Shown here in pieces: positions 15,739 to 23,458 of a stretch of DNA of 24,547 nt. Source of the DNA: a virus (lineage: Duplodnaviria; Caudoviricetes); IMG/VR virus record IMGVR_UViG_3300043781_000061, positions 1 to 24,547 of that record; one strand, 5' to 3'. Made by a program: the position numbers and the translations under genes. How positions within the stretch are numbered: position 1 is the first letter of the stretch; every line of letters starts with the position of its first letter. Under the pieces are notes generated by a model, which worked only from the letters and a program-made list of their open reading frames with translations, did not search any database and was not told the DNA's origin.

Positions 15739-16509
15739 CTAACGCTGGCTAGGGTCTGCTACGTGGTAATCTTTCAGCTTGTCTAATAACAATTTGCTAA
15801 CGTCCAGCAGTTGCAAGCGGCCGTCTTGACCCCAATACCACACGTCATCACCGCTTCGCCAGCTCTTGAGGGTATTAATCATCATCGAAACACGATTCCA
15901 CTCTGGTGCCTCTTCATATTCCCGCCCATAGTGGTTAGCGGCCTTATACCCGATAACCTTATCTTTCAGCTGCGGGGATGATTGTACTCGTAGCATTAAC
16001 TTATTTAGTTCATAAGCGGACAGTTTAGGCCGTTCAGCCAGTGAATTAACATACTCTGCTAAGTCTTGGTCGCTCATAGCGGCTAACGAAACATCGAAGT
16101 CTTGGCGCTTTAATAACTCCGCCTGCGGGTCCAGTGCTTGCAAGCGGTGGTTAACATAGGCGGCCTTAAAATCAGATTGCCACTTTTCTAGTTGCTGAAT
16201 GTCAGCAGTTAAACCGGCGTGGAAAGATTTTAGAATCCCTTGCCGTAAGCTGTTAGCCTCGTTAATAATTTTTTGGCGGTCGTCCCGTTACTGAATTCCC
16301 TTGTCAATTACATAATTCAGATGTTTAACGTCAGCGTCAGTATTTTGGGCAGCTTGCATTGCACGATAATTAAAGCGTGCTCCCTCGTCTTTGAGAACTG
16401 ACCGGCGTAATTTAACTACCTCGTTGGGGTGAATCTTAACTTGCTGCTTACCATTGTCTGCCAATTGTTGACCAGTACCTTGTTGGGCTTGTGTTGTATC
16501 GTTTTCCAT
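15739..16509 (-). pseudogene. Single ~256-codon hypothetical gene split by one in-frame TAA (16290-16288)
   Basis: Track ORFs 16288..16509 and 15739..16143 share a frame and are joined by 48 open codons (RDDRQKIINEANSLRQGILKSFHAGLTADIQQLEKWQSDFKAAYVNHR). Confidence 0.75.
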
Positions 16510-16667
16510 AGTTATATACTTCCTTTTCTTGAATTTGTTCGAGTTGATTGTTGTTAATCCTAAGTAGCAAACGTTATCACGGTTTATTAAAATCCCTCCT
16601 GCCCGTGATATAATATAGGTATCAACAGTTCATGAACGGCGGCTAATTAGAGCCGTCTTTTTTTTGT

Positions 16668-17156
16668 TTACTTCATTACCCGCAAATCTATAACTAACTC
16701 ATCGCCAAATTGAGCAGTTGCCAGATACAATAAATTAGCGAATTCAATTAATGCTTTCTGTGAATGGTTTCCAAACGGTGTAGTTGTTATTAAAAGCTGT
16801 TGGCAAATAGTTTTAACGGGATAACCTTTTACATAACGACCGTATAAAATAGGTTGTCCATACTTTTCTGTTAACGAATTAATTACTTTGATAACAATAT
16901 CTACTAATTGCCGATAGGTTACATGATTAATAAACCGTTTATCTGGTTCAGTGCTAGCACGTTGGGGTAGCCCAGTAATAGCAGGGGATGACAGTAGATT
17001 TTCATAATCAGAGTAGCGACGCCATTTCTGAAAGTCTGTTTCTAAAAAGTGGCGTGCTTTATTTATGGTAGCCTGACGGTCTAAGTTTTTCGGCAGTTCA
17101 AAATCAAAAATAACGTTCATCCCCCTAATAAAAATGTCAGGTTTTGACAGGTTCAC
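16668..17156 (-). CDS. ArpU-family transcriptional regulator
   Basis: LDRQATINKARHFL...LSSPAITGLP...ILYGRYV...ALIEFA pattern typical of lactobacillus phage ArpU proteins; start uncertain. Confidence 0.7.
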   Translation of the reverse strand: MNLSKPDIFIRGMNVIFDFELPKNLDRQATINKARHFLETDFQKWRRYSDYENLLSSPAITGLPQRASTEPDKRFINHVTYRQLVDIVIKVINSLTEKYGQPILYGRYVKGYPVKTICQQLLITTTPFGNHSQKALIEFANLLYLATAQFGDELVIDLRVMK

Positions 17157-17177
17157 TATTGCGGAGTAGTTGCTAAT

Positions 17178-17369
17178 TCAGTCATCGTAAATCACCATTG
17201 CAGAATAATATGCATCGTCCTCGGAAACTGATAGCTGGTACTTAATGTCAACTATCGTCTTGCCTTTGATGAAGTCATTAATTTGCTGCTCCATTCCAGA
17301 TAGGCCATTAATGTTCTGGTTATTTCTAGGTTCAAAATAGTTTTGCGCTCTGAACGTTTTAATCTTCAT
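17178..17369 (-). CDS. Small hypothetical protein (63 aa)
   Basis: MKIKTF...EQQINDFIKGKTIVDIKYQ...SAMVIY, a recurrent small phage protein pattern; RBS AGGAGGT. Confidence 0.75.
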   Translation of the reverse strand: MKIKTFRAQNYFEPRNNQNINGLSGMEQQINDFIKGKTIVDIKYQLSVSEDDAYYSAMVIYDD

Positions 17370-17577
17370 GGTGATACCTCCTAATGTAAAGTGGACTATT
17401 CCAGTCCAGTGTTTCGCTACTGTTGCTTACCTTAGCGGCCAGGTGCTTTAATTCCTTAATGCGGCCGTTAATAGCTGACAGGTATTCTTTATTGCTGCTG
17501 TACGGTACGCCGTCCAAGTATCTTTCGACACCGGGAATATAGCGGGTGTATGGTTGTCCGTATTCGTTCATTATCAT
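17359..17577 (-). CDS. Small hypothetical protein (72 aa)
   Basis: RBS AAGGAG; overlaps the next gene; co-oriented. Confidence 0.7.
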   Translation of the reverse strand: MIMNEYGQPYTRYIPGVERYLDGVPYSSNKEYLSAINGRIKELKHLAAKVSNSSETLDWNSPLYIRRYHHED

Positions 17578-17670
17578 GTTTAGTTACTCCTTTATGCTAA
17601 CCACCTGTGACAGCTCCTGTTTAGTACGCCAATATCAACCCTGTTAGCTGTCACATGGTGGGGCGCTTTG

Positions 17671-17941
17671 CACGGTTTAACACGGTAAAGCACAGTTAAC
17701 CGTGTATGCTTTGAGACCTTGGCACGTAAGGCGCTAGCAGTGGTTCAACACGGTAACACACTTCTTTTCTTAAAAGAATATATATTTATATATGTTTCTT
17801 ATTCCTGTGTGTACTCTGAAAAAAGTCTTTGAGAGAAAAATAACCGTGTACCGTGTATAATGTCACTTAATCCCTTGGGGCTGTAGGTGCTAGGGCCTAC
17901 ACGCTTAACCGTTCCAGCCGTGTTATTTAATCAGTACCGTG
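17671..17941. repeat. Putative replication origin of element 2 (iterons around an AT-rich core)
   Basis: CACGGT at 17671, 17681, 17749 (CACAGT 17691); ACCGTG at 17699, 17843, 17850, 17936 (GCCGTG 17917); AT-rich tract ~17761-17803; directly downstream of the helicase gene. Confidence 0.78.
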
Positions 17942-19606
17942 TTAAGCGCTATGTCGTTTGTACCCTTTGCGTCGCTTTCCAAATAATTTGCAATTGTCGC
18001 TTTTATTCCAATTCTCGTCATTATCAAACACCATAGGAATTTTAGCCGATAGCGGATTTCGTCCGCCCCGTGCAATTTCTCGGCCGTTCTGTTCAAACAC
18101 GACTTCCAGTAACTCGGTATTGGTAAACTGTGATAGCTTGTGCAGCTGGTCGGGCGTAAACAGAATGTAATCACTTGTCTTGTTCTCACCAGTGCCAGTT
18201 ACAACTCGTTTACCATATTCACCGTGTTCCCTATATCGTTTCCAATACTGTTGCCGCTGGTAAATGCTGAAACTGTCCCAATCATCAGGAACCAGTAATT
18301 CGCTGTATTCCAGCATTAAATCGGCTTGCAGGTCGGCGGCCATTGCCTTAGATTGCTTATCGTGGGCCACTCGTTCTAACTTGTCCGATAATTTCAAGGC
18401 GTGGCCACGCTCAAATAATACTTTGGCTTCCGCTAGGATTTGCAGGATGTCAGCATTGTTATAGTCACCTGGTGCCGGCATGGGCTTTGTTGCTCTGCTT
18501 TTCTCGCAATGAATGGGGTAAAAGCGCCGATTACCGGTTAAGTCGTGCAGGTATTCCGAACGGTTCACGGTCCCGATAAACATATTCTTGCGGGGATGAT
18601 ATTCCCGAATCCGCCCATAGGGGGACCGATAATTATCGCTAGTAGCGGAAATGAACGCTTTAGTTCGGTCCAAGCTGGTGTTAGTCATGGCTTCTAGTTC
18701 GCCAATTTCGACCACCCAAGCACTATGAATTTTAATAAGGTCGTCCTTATCAGCGCCCATTGTCCTTAAACTGTCCTCAAAATATGGTGGTGAACATAGC
18801 AGGCTAACCAGCGTACTTTTTCCGATACCCTGTTTACCATCAAGAATCGGCATAATGTCGCACTTAATTCCGGGCCGGTATACTCTGGCAACCAGGCCCA
18901 CCAGCCATGTTTCAGTAACAGCCTTTACATATTCGTTATTGTCAGCCCCTAAGTAATCAATGAAAAAGTTAGCCGCCCGTTGTTGTCCGTCCCATTGCAC
19001 CGTTTCGATACGTTGTTTAATGGGATTAAATGGATGGCCCTTAGCAGCTAACAGCAAGCCATCCGTTACCGCCTTATCAGTAGGTATCATCCGATAATAG
19101 CGTTCAATATCAGTTGCCAGGTTGGCTATTAGGTCATCATCAATCGAAACGAAACCCGCTTGGGTGCTTTTTCGATACTCTGCCTCTTCGGTGAAGCTGT
19201 TGTATCTGAATAAGTCTTGGTAATGGGGGTCATGCTCAAAGATTAGCCGGACGTTCTCCCGTGAATTGGGTTTGATAACCCCTTTATCAGTTTTTAGCAT
19301 TCCTTGCTTTGCCGCTTTAATCGAACTCATGGTATTAGTCATCCCCAGCAGGGTGCTATCAACAGCTTTTAGGATAGTCATCATCCGATAGTTAGAATTC
19401 TTTTCGTCTAGCTGGCTGGCTAATTTAGTAGCCTGCTCTCGTGCTTTTTGGTTGGTTTCATCCCCATACGCCTTGTTAATATCAGCGGTGATTTTATTAG
19501 CCAGCTCATGGGCCGTGTCTTTCTTGACGTATTGCAGCGCCAAAGAATTGATGGCGGCCCATTCGGCTTTTTCTGTGGCGCTCTGTTTATCTTTCTCTTC
19601 ACTCAT
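17942..19606 (-). CDS. VapE/VirE-family ATPase/helicase (replication protein)
   Basis: 554 aa; FNPIKQ...WDG..R, VARVYRPGIKCD...LDGKQGIGKST, WVVEIGEL, KAFISAT.D.YRSPYGR, FIGTVN...LHDLTGNRRF. Confidence 0.92.
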   Translation of the reverse strand: MSEEKDKQSATEKAEWAAINSLALQYVKKDTAHELANKITADINKAYGDETNQKAREQATKLASQLDEKNSNYRMMTILKAVDSTLLGMTNTMSSIKAAKQGMLKTDKGVIKPNSRENVRLIFEHDPHYQDLFRYNSFTEEAEYRKSTQAGFVSIDDDLIANLATDIERYYRMIPTDKAVTDGLLLAAKGHPFNPIKQRIETVQWDGQQRAANFFIDYLGADNNEYVKAVTETWLVGLVARVYRPGIKCDIMPILDGKQGIGKSTLVSLLCSPPYFEDSLRTMGADKDDLIKIHSAWVVEIGELEAMTNTSLDRTKAFISATSDNYRSPYGRIREYHPRKNMFIGTVNRSEYLHDLTGNRRFYPIHCEKSRATKPMPAPGDYNNADILQILAEAKVLFERGHALKLSDKLERVAHDKQSKAMAADLQADLMLEYSELLVPDDWDSFSIYQRQQYWKRYREHGEYGKRVVTGTGENKTSDYILFTPDQLHKLSQFTNTELLEVVFEQNGREIARGGRNPLSAKIPMVFDNDENWNKSDNCKLFGKRRKGYKRHSA

Positions 19607-19610
19607 TCAA

Positions 19611-20645
19611 TTAATACCCCCTCATATATCGTTCTAGCTGCTGACGCTTGTGGTCGATGGCTTGCTTTATAGTCCGTTGGCCGTAAGTCCCGCCACCGTC
19701 CATTCGGTCCCACTTGGGCCGGTACAGATTAGTTTGCTTGAATACCTCATCAATTAATCGGCTGTCGTAATCACCGGTTACCTGGCGGACCCAATAGGCC
19801 AGCATATTGCAGCAAGCCATATCTTGGGCCGATGGGTCGTAATTGATTAGCTGGCCGTTCTCATCGGGGAATTGCTTCCCGGTGACGTTGGTACTATCGA
19901 CAGGCAAGTCAGCTGTCAGCCACCAGTTAAACCGCTTGGCGTCCGTACTCTGCATGATGGAATCAATCACGGCCACCCCTGTATCACTTAACACCCCATG
20001 TGATAGCTCTGTGTTACTGAAATCACTGTTACCAGTCTGGCCCGGTGGTGCATACTCGCCAAACAATAATTGGTGCAGCTGCTGCCACATGGCTTGGCTG
20101 ATGGTGCTGATTTTAAGTGGTAAGTCGTCATCTAGGGCTTTACCTGTCAAGGCGACTAACCGGCCGTTGGTATATAGCTCTCGGCCGTGTTGCTTGGTGC
20201 TGAATTGCTCTACGGTGTCATCAACCTTGAAAATGAAGTGCAATCCCAAACCGGACTGGCTGACCTCGCAATAGGTATCACCTAACAGGTCCAGCAGCCG
20301 GTTAATTAAGCTGTCCTGGTCTGGGCTGTAATCGTCGATTTCATTGGGGATGTTGTCTAGGTCTAGGAAACACCAGCCGCCGCCGACCATGAATCCTGGT
20401 CCACCATAGTTCATCACTTTGGCCCGTTCGGGGTTAGCTTGGGCGAATGTGTAAGTGTTTAGCGCCTGTTGGTAGGTTCCCCACGTACTCGGTCCCACAC
20501 TTGACGCCAGGTCCCGACACTTGGGACTATTTAGGTTATGGGGGACTTTCTTGCGTTTGTGGGTGTCGTCGGGGTGCTGCGGGTCGTCATGATAGAACCA
20601 GGCGCACCAGCGGCGCTCTTGCTTCATTGCTTCCGGGAAGTCCAT
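19611..20645 (-). CDS. NrS-1-like primase-polymerase (AEP) with helix-bundle C-terminus
   Basis: W..W...KVP, PSTWGTY..A, FLDLD, YCEVSQSGLGLH, ELY..GR..ALTG; D.SAQD...LAYW...RPKWDR...TYGQRTI..AI. Start placed at 20645 (TAATG coupling). Confidence 0.82.
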   Translation of the reverse strand: MDFPEAMKQERRWCAWFYHDDPQHPDDTHKRKKVPHNLNSPKCRDLASSVGPSTWGTYQQALNTYTFAQANPERAKVMNYGGPGFMVGGGWCFLDLDNIPNEIDDYSPDQDSLINRLLDLLGDTYCEVSQSGLGLHFIFKVDDTVEQFSTKQHGRELYTNGRLVALTGKALDDDLPLKISTISQAMWQQLHQLLFGEYAPPGQTGNSDFSNTELSHGVLSDTGVAVIDSIMQSTDAKRFNWWLTADLPVDSTNVTGKQFPDENGQLINYDPSAQDMACCNMLAYWVRQVTGDYDSRLIDEVFKQTNLYRPKWDRMDGGGTYGQRTIKQAIDHKRQQLERYMRGY

Positions 20646-20923
20646 TACTCGGCCCCCTCTACATATTTTTGATAGGCAGCTTCCAGTTTGTCGGCTTGGT
20701 CCTTGGTGGTGGACTTTAGGCACCGTAACAGGGCTTTGATGGCCTGCTGGTTCCTTAATGTACTGGCAACCAACATCGCTTGTTCACCCTTGTTAAGCCA
20801 TTCTTTGCCGTCGATGGGGTCCAGTACCTCGTCGACCATATCGGCTAAGGCGGCTAATAACCCGGTCTGTGTTTCGTTCATCGTTTGAATATTGCTTAAA
20901 TCAAAATCTAAGTCGTTCTTCAT
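20645..20923 (-). CDS. Hypothetical protein (92 aa)
   Basis: TAATG-coupled to both neighbours. Confidence 0.75.
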   Translation of the reverse strand: MKNDLDFDLSNIQTMNETQTGLLAALADMVDEVLDPIDGKEWLNKGEQAMLVASTLRNQQAIKALLRCLKSTTKDQADKLEAAYQKYVEGAE

Positions 20924-21129
20924 TAGTTTTCACCGCCCTTGTTACTGTCAATAAAGTTAGAATGGTCAATAATGTTTCTTAATTGGTTAGCGACCGGTTC
21001 AAACTTTGGGTCGTTAACCTTGATAATGTCATTAACCAGTTCTTTGTTTAACTTGCCCTTAACGATGGCCAGAAATTTATTACCGTTGCTATCTTGTGAA
21101 GCTAAAATAGAGTAGTTGTTATTCTTCAT
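20923..21129 (-). CDS. Hypothetical protein (68 aa)
   Basis: Start placed at ATG 21129 (MKNNNYS...) behind AAAGGA; positional analogue of 11140-11316. Confidence 0.65.
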   Translation of the reverse strand: MKNNNYSILASQDSNGNKFLAIVKGKLNKELVNDIIKVNDPKFEPVANQLRNIIDHSNFIDSNKGGEN

Positions 21130-21278
21130 TCTTAAACACCAATCCTTTAATTTAATTGCTAGGCTTGGTATAATGAGTAGTACAATGTGAAACAAAAATG
21201 TTCCACACCGTCAGCGTATACCAAACACCACTCGCCAAAGTTTCGTTTGATATATGCTTTTTTTGTACCCTCATTTGT

Positions 21279-21584
21279 CTAGCCCTTTAGTTCTGTACTG
21301 CTGATTACTTGTGCCCGCTTGGTCATCATCTGAATTTGTGATACCAGTGGGGCTAATGCTTGCTGCCGTTCCTGGTCGTTGGTGATGATGAAGTAGCCAT
21401 TTCTAGGCTTCTGGTTCGTGGCCCCAATTGGCTGATGGTGGACCACAATTAATCGGTAGATGATGGCCCGGACCTTGCGCCCATTCCAGCCAGTCAACTT
21501 GACCAACTCACGCAATGGGCGGGGATGACTAACCCCATGTGGCAGCAGCCTTAATAATTCTCGTTCTTCCTGGTCTAACCTCAT
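21279..21584 (-). CDS. Winged-HTH-like hypothetical protein (101 aa)
   Basis: MRLDQEERELLRLLP.G...RELVKLTGWNGRKVRAII..L...PIGA...GYFII; start at the TAATG overlap 21584. Confidence 0.72.
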   Translation of the reverse strand: MRLDQEERELLRLLPHGVSHPRPLRELVKLTGWNGRKVRAIIYRLIVVHHQPIGATNQKPRNGYFIITNDQERQQALAPLVSQIQMMTKRAQVISSTELKG

Positions 21585-21730
21585 TACATACCTCCAATAA
21601 ATTCGCTGATAATGGAACATAGCAGGGCGGCCAGTGGCACGAATGTCGCCAGATAAGCCCATCCCCGTTCACTGGGGGCCGTGTTCCAATAAGCTAATAT
21701 ATGCTGGTCAATCGTTGCTAGTAATTTCAT
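21584..21730 (-). CDS. Small predicted membrane protein (48 aa, not in ORF track)
   Basis: MKLLATIDQHILAYWNTAPSERGWAYLATFVPLAALLCSIISEFIGGM; RBS GGAGG; homolog of 11659-11787. Confidence 0.82.
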   Translation of the reverse strand: MKLLATIDQHILAYWNTAPSERGWAYLATFVPLAALLCSIISEFIGGM

Positions 21731-21770
21731 AGTTATGTCCTCCAGTCACTTCACGCCGGCAAGCTATGAC

Positions 21771-22052
21771 TTACTTTTCTAGTTGCTTCATAAACTCATC
21801 TAACGAACTGCGCTTGTATCGCTTTACTCCCTCAATTTTGATTACAGGAATGTGATATTCACGGTCCCATTTATTGAAAGTGCTTGGCGCAATATGAAGA
21901 TATTTACAGGCTTCTTGCTGTGTTAAAAACGGCGGGAAGCTATTTTTATTAGTGACTTCCTTTACTGCTGAATCAATAGCAGCCGTTACCATGTTTAGGG
22001 TGGCTGTTTTTAGTTCCGGCGGTAACTGTAAATCAATATCCATGTAATTCAT
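21771..22052 (-). CDS. Excisionase-like HTH_17 protein
   Basis: PPFLTQQEACKYLHIAPSTFNKW...KRYKRSSLDEFM; similar to 11872-12153. Confidence 0.82.
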   Translation of the reverse strand: MNYMDIDLQLPPELKTATLNMVTAAIDSAVKEVTNKNSFPPFLTQQEACKYLHIAPSTFNKWDREYHIPVIKIEGVKRYKRSSLDEFMKQLEK

Positions 22053-22056
22053 CCCC

Positions 22057-22239
22057 TTAATCCTGTTTAGCTGTCACACGGTGGGCAGCCATGAACTCGT
22101 CAATGTCAGACTTTGCAATGCGCTTGGACTTGCCTACTTCGATAGTTGGTAAGCCTTGCTTGATGTACTTATACAAGGCGTCGTATGAATTAAAGCCCAT
22201 GTATCGTTTGGCTTGTGCAAAGCTAAAATATTCAGTCAT
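22057..22239 (-). CDS. Small excisionase/Cro-like HTH_17 protein (60 aa)
   Basis: YFSFAQAKRYMG...LYKYIKQGLP.IEVGKSKRIAKSDIDEFM; RBS AGGAGGT. Confidence 0.82.
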   Translation of the reverse strand: MTEYFSFAQAKRYMGFNSYDALYKYIKQGLPTIEVGKSKRIAKSDIDEFMAAHRVTAKQD

Positions 22240-22252
22240 TATGTAACCTCCT

Positions 22253-22327
22253 ATCTAAGAAAATTAGATTTTGCATTTTTATCGTATATCTAAGTTTCTT
22301 AGATGTCAATATCTAAATATTTTAGAT
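22253..22327. promoter_or_regulatory. Three 17-bp operators ATCTAA-N5-TTAGAT overlapping the leftward promoter
   Basis: Palindromes at 22253-22269, 22288-22304, 22311-22327. Minus-strand TTGACA (22309-22304)-17bp-TACGAT (22286-22281). Plus-strand TGcTATAAT at 22354-22362 for the repressor. Confidence 0.82.
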
Positions 22328-22380
22328 TTATTATGTTTTGTTCGTTTTATTACTGCTATAATTAATGGCGGGTGATATAA

Positions 22381-23067
22381 ATGAAAAATAGGCTGAAAGA
22401 ACTACGAGAAGAAAAAGGTCTAACACTTGACGATATAGAAAACATTACAGGCATTAAGCGTGGAACCTTTAATAATTATGAAAACGGGAAAACTGAACCT
22501 AAACTAGACACTTGGGGAAAATTAGCGGTCTTTTTTGATGTGCCAGTTTCGTACTTGATGGGAATTACTAAAGATAAAGATGATTACGGAATAGAAGTTA
22601 AAAAGTATTCCGGCACTAAGGGGGATTATTTTGAATTGGGCAGGTTTCAACACAAATTCCAGGACCCCAACACTTTTAGCGATGGTCGAGCACCTAAGGT
22701 AGATTTAACGGACGATGAAAAATCATTGGTTACAAGAATGGTTGATAACTTTGGTGATGTGGTCGTTGGGGAAGCAATCCCATATTTAATAGATGAACCG
22801 GGCAATAAAGAACTTACTAAGGTTCAAAAAAAGAACCTTAAAGAACTTGAATATTTAATCAACTGGCTATATACCATAGTCCAGCTACCTTACCGAAAAG
22901 CTAAGGACGGCAATGTAAGTATTAAAGACACTATCCTAGCTCAAAAATATTTATTTGCTATTTTGAAGGTCGTTAATCACACACTAAAGATTGAATCAAA
23001 GGAATCTGAGGACGACTTAAAAATCCTTAATAGTATTTTGGGGAAAAATGAAAAACCTAAAAAATAA
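22381..23067 (+). CDS. XRE-family (Stl/CI-like) master repressor of element 2
   Basis: MKNRLKELREEKGLTL...FNNYENGKTEPKLDTWGKLAVFFDVPVSYLMG; C-terminal domain shows no visible similarity to the element 1 repressor. Confidence 0.88.
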   Translation: MKNRLKELREEKGLTLDDIENITGIKRGTFNNYENGKTEPKLDTWGKLAVFFDVPVSYLMGITKDKDDYGIEVKKYSGTKGDYFELGRFQHKFQDPNTFSDGRAPKVDLTDDEKSLVTRMVDNFGDVVVGEAIPYLIDEPGNKELTKVQKKNLKELEYLINWLYTIVQLPYRKAKDGNVSIKDTILAQKYLFAILKVVNHTLKIESKESEDDLKILNSILGKNEKPKK

Positions 23068-23458
23068 CGCCCTAACTAAAACTTAGCCCGTTTTGCTGAT
23101 ATAGCTAGTTAGATAGCTGAATATAGTTTCTAAATACCTGCGAAGTATATAGAACCAGTACCCTAAAACGGGGTACTGACCTGCGTACTTGATTTCAGTA
23201 CGGAGCGCCCTAATCCTTGGGGGAGTAGCGAAATGCGACACCAGCCAAAACAGTACCGTAGGGGACCCAAGTCGGTAAATCGCCGAATCAGGTTAAGCAG
23301 TGGGGGGCCAAATTAGACACCCCTTTACAACCTGTGATAGCTCTCTGTTGAGCTGTCACATGGTGTTATTCAAGCATACATAATCATGGGGCAGCTCCCT
23401 TATCGGCTATTACTTCCAGTCCAAAACGCCGGCAAGCTGTGCGACAGGAGGTAATATA

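Noticed and set aside
17942-19606. Virulence factor, from the family name VapE/VirE
   Set aside because: P-loop ATPase between a primase and an iteron origin; a replication role fits and nothing suggests virulence.
17923-20888. Overlapping ORFs within vapE and primase genes (17923, 17958, 18264, 19420, 19448, 19452, 19843, 20447, 20688)
   Set aside because: Antisense or alternate-frame shadows of conserved genes.
23100-23362. Possible CRISPR array or integron-like cassette array
   Set aside because: No recurring direct repeat between units and no cas genes; reported as a heterogeneous palindrome array instead.
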